In this document: piece by piece, positions 49,564 to 52,743 of the stretch | Position numbering within the stretch: position 1 is the stretch's first letter | Layout: every line of letters starts with the position of its first letter | Origin: a virus | Taxonomy: Duplodnaviria; Caudoviricetes | Length of the DNA: 52,743 nt | Strand: one strand, 5' to 3' | IMG/VR virus record: IMGVR_UViG_3300044628_000447 | Location: 1-52,743 of that record | Notes under the pieces: model-generated | Database searches by the model: none | What the model was told of the DNA's origin: nothing | The model's input: only the letters and a program-made list of their open reading frames with translations | Made by a program: the position numbers and the translations under genes

Positions 49564-49888
49564 ATTCTCAATAAGAGGGAGTTATTGAGACTGAGAAGGG
49601 GAAAGCGAGAGAATCAGCCTTCTTGAGATTCAGTCTCATTAAAACACTAGCGTTGTTTTAATATCCCTCCCCATCTCCTTATTGAGAATCAGTCTCAATA
49701 AGAACCAGTGTCATCTCAACATCTCATTACACTAAATGCAATCTGTTGTTGAGAATCAGTCTCAATAAGCGAACCTCATTCGCTATTCTCGATCAACGAA
49801 TGTCACACGCTTATTGAGAATTGATAACATCAAATAACACACCATTGCGATAATGGACATCATTCCAGCATTAGCCAGTCTCAACAAG
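49564..49888. repeat. Array of (C)TTATTGAGAATCAGTCTCAATAAG-related inverted repeats (Fur-box-like)
   Basis: Full or near-full copies at 49678, 49746 and 49623; partial copies at 49564, 49582, 49810 and 49876. Confidence 0.8.
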
Positions 49889-50179
49889 ACCATGCCTCAT
49901 ATCATGCCTTGCATCTCTATGGCCAGACCATAGCACAACATCATAGTGTCACAGCATAGGCTAGGCATAGGGCACGATCAAAGGAATCTCTTTTCTTATA
50001 GAGCGTGACCCGTCCCCCCACCCTCCCCCATGCACCCAGATTCTGGCTTACTAACATCCATAAAAGACCTATAGCTTTACAGAAACTCCATTTTTCCCCA
50101 TTCCCCATCCCCCATGTCCCTAGCTTCTCTATGTCCCTAGTGTCCCTAGCTCCCCTAGTGTTCTCTTACCCACCCCATA

Positions 50180-50356
50180 TTATTTAGCCTTCTTCTGGAT
50201 GAGTTTCCTTATGTCATCCATTATGCCTATTGGGTTGGTAGTCTCTATCTCTATACCTAGGGCGGATAGTTCTTTCTTTACTTGGGATACTGTGTAGGCT
50301 CTCTCTACTGCGCGGGCGTATAGCCTCTGTAGTTCGCGGGCTAGGTGGTCTTCCAT
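50180..50356 (-). CDS. Hypothetical protein (58 aa, not in ORF track)
   Basis: Manual translation MEDHLARELQRLYARAVE... Confidence 0.5.
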   Translation of the reverse strand: MEDHLARELQRLYARAVERAYTVSQVKKELSALGIEIETTNPIGIMDDIRKLIQKKAK

Positions 50357-50499
50357 GATAAGTAATCTTTTAATTCTTGGAGGGTTTTGGTGTCATTCTT
50401 CTCTAGGGCGGTGAAGTAGGCTTCTTGGGACTTCATTTCGACTATATACTCCATGGCCCTGTGTAGTTCTTCTAGCCTGTCTTTTTGTTCTTGAGTCAT
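50341..50499 (-). CDS. Hypothetical protein (52 aa, not in ORF track)
   Basis: Manual translation MTQEQKDRLEELHRAMEY...; ATGA overlap upstream. Confidence 0.55.
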   Translation of the reverse strand: MTQEQKDRLEELHRAMEYIVEMKSQEAYFTALEKNDTKTLQELKDYLSWKTT

Positions 50500-50720
50500 T
50501 TCATTCCGAATATTTTCATTAGATCGTCCACGGAGTTGGAGTTGTGGATTGTCCTTGGTTCATCATCTTCCCCGTCGTAGAATGCTATATCCCATGTTTG
50601 GTTGAATAGTTTCCTTATACCAGCGGCGGATAGGGTTACTTTACCGTCCCCCGCGAAGGATGGGTTTTTCTCTACGTATTTAGCCCATAGTTCACTCTTC
50701 TTCATTTCCTTGAGTCTCAA
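50496..50720 (-). CDS. Hypothetical protein
   Basis: 74 aa ORF in operon. Confidence 0.65.
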   Translation of the reverse strand: MRLKEMKKSELWAKYVEKNPSFAGDGKVTLSAAGIRKLFNQTWDIAFYDGEDDEPRTIHNSNSVDDLMKIFGMK

Positions 50721-51214
50721 TTAAAGTTCTCGTCTCTGAACTTGCGGGTTAGCTCTCTAATAGCATCACCTGTGTGGAGAACATTGATGTCATTGTATAG
50801 CTTAATTAGTAATGCCCTATACTCATCTCTCTCATTCTCCGCTCTTGCTGCCATCTCTACCGCGCATTCCCACTTGTTTTTCCACCCTTCTATTTCATGC
50901 TTCGCCTCGTCACGCTCTTGCCTTGTTTTATTCAGAATCTCCCATGCCTCAACTTCGCACCTGTAGGTATGAATTGCGTTTAGTGCTTCGTCCCGCTCAT
51001 TGCATAACTTATTAACTTCAAGCATATTTTCTGTTGCGAGAATGTCATATTTCTTCTGTGTCTCGTCGCGCTCGCGTTCCAACCTTCTGCAAAGGTCTTC
51101 AAGCGATTCCCCTCTAGCCGCAGATAAGCAGGCATCCGTCTCTGGCGTGCTGGATGGCGCGGAAAAAAATTGCGCCACCGGATTTTCGGAGCCTTTAATT
51201 ATTTCAATTTTCAT
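50717..51214 (-). CDS. Hypothetical protein with TPETDA and four ERDE modules
   Basis: Repeated ERERDE/ERDEA modules. Confidence 0.7.
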   Translation of the reverse strand: MKIEIIKGSENPVAQFFSAPSSTPETDACLSAARGESLEDLCRRLERERDETQKKYDILATENMLEVNKLCNERDEALNAIHTYRCEVEAWEILNKTRQERDEAKHEIEGWKNKWECAVEMAARAENERDEYRALLIKLYNDINVLHTGDAIRELTRKFRDENFN

Positions 51215-51393
51215 TCCCCGTCCTCCTTCCACCGCCATGTTGTGCCACCTTCGGCATCAACAACCCACTCTGCGAAACCTCGTTTTACCGCCTCAACCTT
51301 CAATTCATCCCGTTGCCAAGCAGCCCCAAAAGCTGCGATTATCAAAAAGATAACGCCTAGTGTAGTAATCCATTCGATTGCAAGTTTGCTCAT
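51211..51393 (-). CDS. Small membrane protein (paralogue of 40969..41163)
   Basis: TM segment then AVKRGFAEWV...GTTWRWKED. Confidence 0.7.
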   Translation of the reverse strand: MSKLAIEWITTLGVIFLIIAAFGAAWQRDELKVEAVKRGFAEWVVDAEGGTTWRWKEDGE

Positions 51394-51653
51394 TTCCCGC
51401 CCTCCTTGAGTTGGTCAAGTTCGGCGCGGAGGATACCTTGTGCATACGAAAACTCTCCGTATCCTTCTGTATGAGGGATTGCTTCAATCGCCCTCTTTGC
51501 AATGTTACGAAGCTTTGCGTTTTGCTTCCGCGCCTCGTCGCGCTCGCGTTTTGACTTCTCGGCTTGATCCATGTAGTAGTGTGATTGTTCCTTGTAAAAA
51601 TCCGCCATTCGCACCATATTTTCAATTATATCAGGTGTATCATTATTTTTCAT
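51390..51653 (-). CDS. Hypothetical protein with ERDEAR module
   Basis: Probable start MKNNDTP. Confidence 0.65.
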   Translation of the reverse strand: MKNNDTPDIIENMVRMADFYKEQSHYYMDQAEKSKRERDEARKQNAKLRNIAKRAIEAIPHTEGYGEFSYAQGILRAELDQLKEGGK

Positions 51654-51907
51654 TGGTTTATTTTCTCCTCTATCCTTTGTAACCATATTGGTTTTCCGTT
51701 TTCATCAACTTGGTTTCTGATCACTTTTTTCTTTTTGTAATGTTTTTTCCTATTTACACGTATGTCTCGGTAGGGCCACGAATCTGTAAAGCTCTCCACG
51801 GTTATAGACCTGTGCTTGTTTAGGCAAACTCTTTTCCTATAAGTTACCCCGTCTACCTTCCTGCTTTCAATGACATTTGTTTTTGATTTGCACTTTGGAC
51901 ATATCAT
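51650..51907 (-). CDS. NrdR-like Zn-ribbon protein lacking an ATP cone
   Basis: MICPKC...T.VIESR...RKRVC...H...TVE matches the NrdR N-terminal ribbon. Confidence 0.7.
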   Translation of the reverse strand: MICPKCKSKTNVIESRKVDGVTYRKRVCLNKHRSITVESFTDSWPYRDIRVNRKKHYKKKKVIRNQVDENGKPIWLQRIEEKINQ

Positions 51908-51925
51908 TTTATCGGTTCCGATAAT

Positions 51926-52228
51926 TTACTCTTTGATAAAGATTCCCTCTGGAGTGAGGGTTCCTTTTCGGTCTTTAATCTCATTATATGCGGACTCCAT
52001 GCAGTCTGTTATCTTGATTCCGCGAAGTTCGCAGTAGTTAATCAGACATACCATTACATCTCCAACAGCATCGATAATATCATCGATTTTGCATTTCGCG
52101 TGTCCGTCTGCCAACTCTCCTGCCTCTGAGAAGAATTTAAATAGCTGCATTGAAGGGGTAGCGTTAGGGATGATTTGCCTGTCTTTTGCCCAATTAATGA
52201 TCTTTTCTTCTAGTTCTTCGTATTTCAT
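51926..52228 (-). CDS. MazG-like nucleotide pyrophosphohydrolase
   Basis: WAKDR, K..SEAGELAD, DAVGD, AYNEIKDRKG. Confidence 0.85.
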   Translation of the reverse strand: MKYEELEEKIINWAKDRQIIPNATPSMQLFKFFSEAGELADGHAKCKIDDIIDAVGDVMVCLINYCELRGIKITDCMESAYNEIKDRKGTLTPEGIFIKE

Positions 52229-52620
52229 AAAGTAATCTTTTTCAGTTCTATTCCAAATTCCTCTGCTAGTGTTAATGTGCTGTTATCATATTCATAGGAT
52301 TCCTTGTATACTATCTTGGTAATACCGTATGATTTCAGTGCTTTTAGGCAGTCATTGCAGGGTAGGGTTGTTACCGCTGCCATAGTAGCCTCACCGGGGC
52401 GTAAATATCGTAGCGCGTTTTGCTCTGCGTGGACAACGTATAGCCTTCTTTTATCCCTGTCAGTCCAGTCTTCGGGCATCCCTGTAGGAAACCCATTGTA
52501 ACCCACAGCAGCAACAGAATTGTCGCCGCGAAGAATGCAGGCCCCGACCTTGCGCCACCTGTCTTTTGATTTCTTACTAACTGTCTCAGCAATATGTAAT
52601 GCATATTCCTCCCATGTCAT
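52225..52620 (-). CDS. dCMP deaminase-like protein
   Basis: SKD...KVGACI, GYNG, HAEQNAL, PCNDC. Confidence 0.9.
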   Translation of the reverse strand: MTWEEYALHIAETVSKKSKDRWRKVGACILRGDNSVAAVGYNGFPTGMPEDWTDRDKRRLYVVHAEQNALRYLRPGEATMAAVTTLPCNDCLKALKSYGITKIVYKESYEYDNSTLTLAEEFGIELKKITL

Positions 52621-52743
52621 ACCAGTTCTGGTAGTTGTTTATCTGCCTTTAGATCGTATATGAGACGACGAACTTGCTCTAGGGTCTCATAATCCCCAAA
52701 ACATTCTTTACCTTCATAGTTTCTCCAAGAGTGTAAAAACCCG
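52617..52743. repeat. Terminal direct repeat, copy of 1..127
   Basis: Exact match to the first 127 nt. Confidence 0.95.

Noticed and set aside
49564-49888. Repeat array as a mini-CRISPR
   Set aside because: Copies are degenerate, in mixed orientation and irregularly spaced. The only Cas4-like protein is an ordinary phage exonuclease.
52617-52743. 127-bp terminal repeat as a biological direct terminal repeat
   Set aside because: The length equals a common assembler k-mer and the junction falls within a contiguous operon, so it is best explained as a circularisation overlap.

Overview
This window is a complete circular (or circularly permuted) genome of a tailed dsDNA phage, about 52.6 kb. 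Bases 1..127 repeat exactly at 52617..52743, most likely an assembly overlap. The architecture is podovirus-like. The + strand from 12.0 to 40.4 kb carries portal, scaffold, major capsid, collagen/Gly-rich fibres, a lysis cassette, a metallophosphoesterase, tail proteins and three DNA-ejection-type proteins, including a 2001-aa polyvalent protein. The remainder carries a divergently encoded large terminase, a replication initiator with DnaB, a resolvase, an exonuclease/SSB pair, an SF2 helicase, a glycosyltransferase, MazG-like and dCMP deaminase genes, and many small ORFs. I recognised no integrase, DNA polymerase, tRNA or CRISPR array. Five observations stand out. (1) A 16-bp palindrome TTATCG-N4-CGATAA occurs as 14 perfect and about 7 near-perfect copies around the genome, inside and between genes. 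(2) The terminase intein's central region encodes an HNH endonuclease in a different reading frame. (3) Two copies of a covarying two-hairpin kissing-loop RNA sit directly upstream of the replication initiator and of an HNH gene. (4) A non-coding control region has tandem sigma54-type sites and a Fur-box-like repeat array. (5) There are arrays of closed structured ncRNA-like domains. All product calls come from motif recognition and synteny by eye; no database search or folding program was run.
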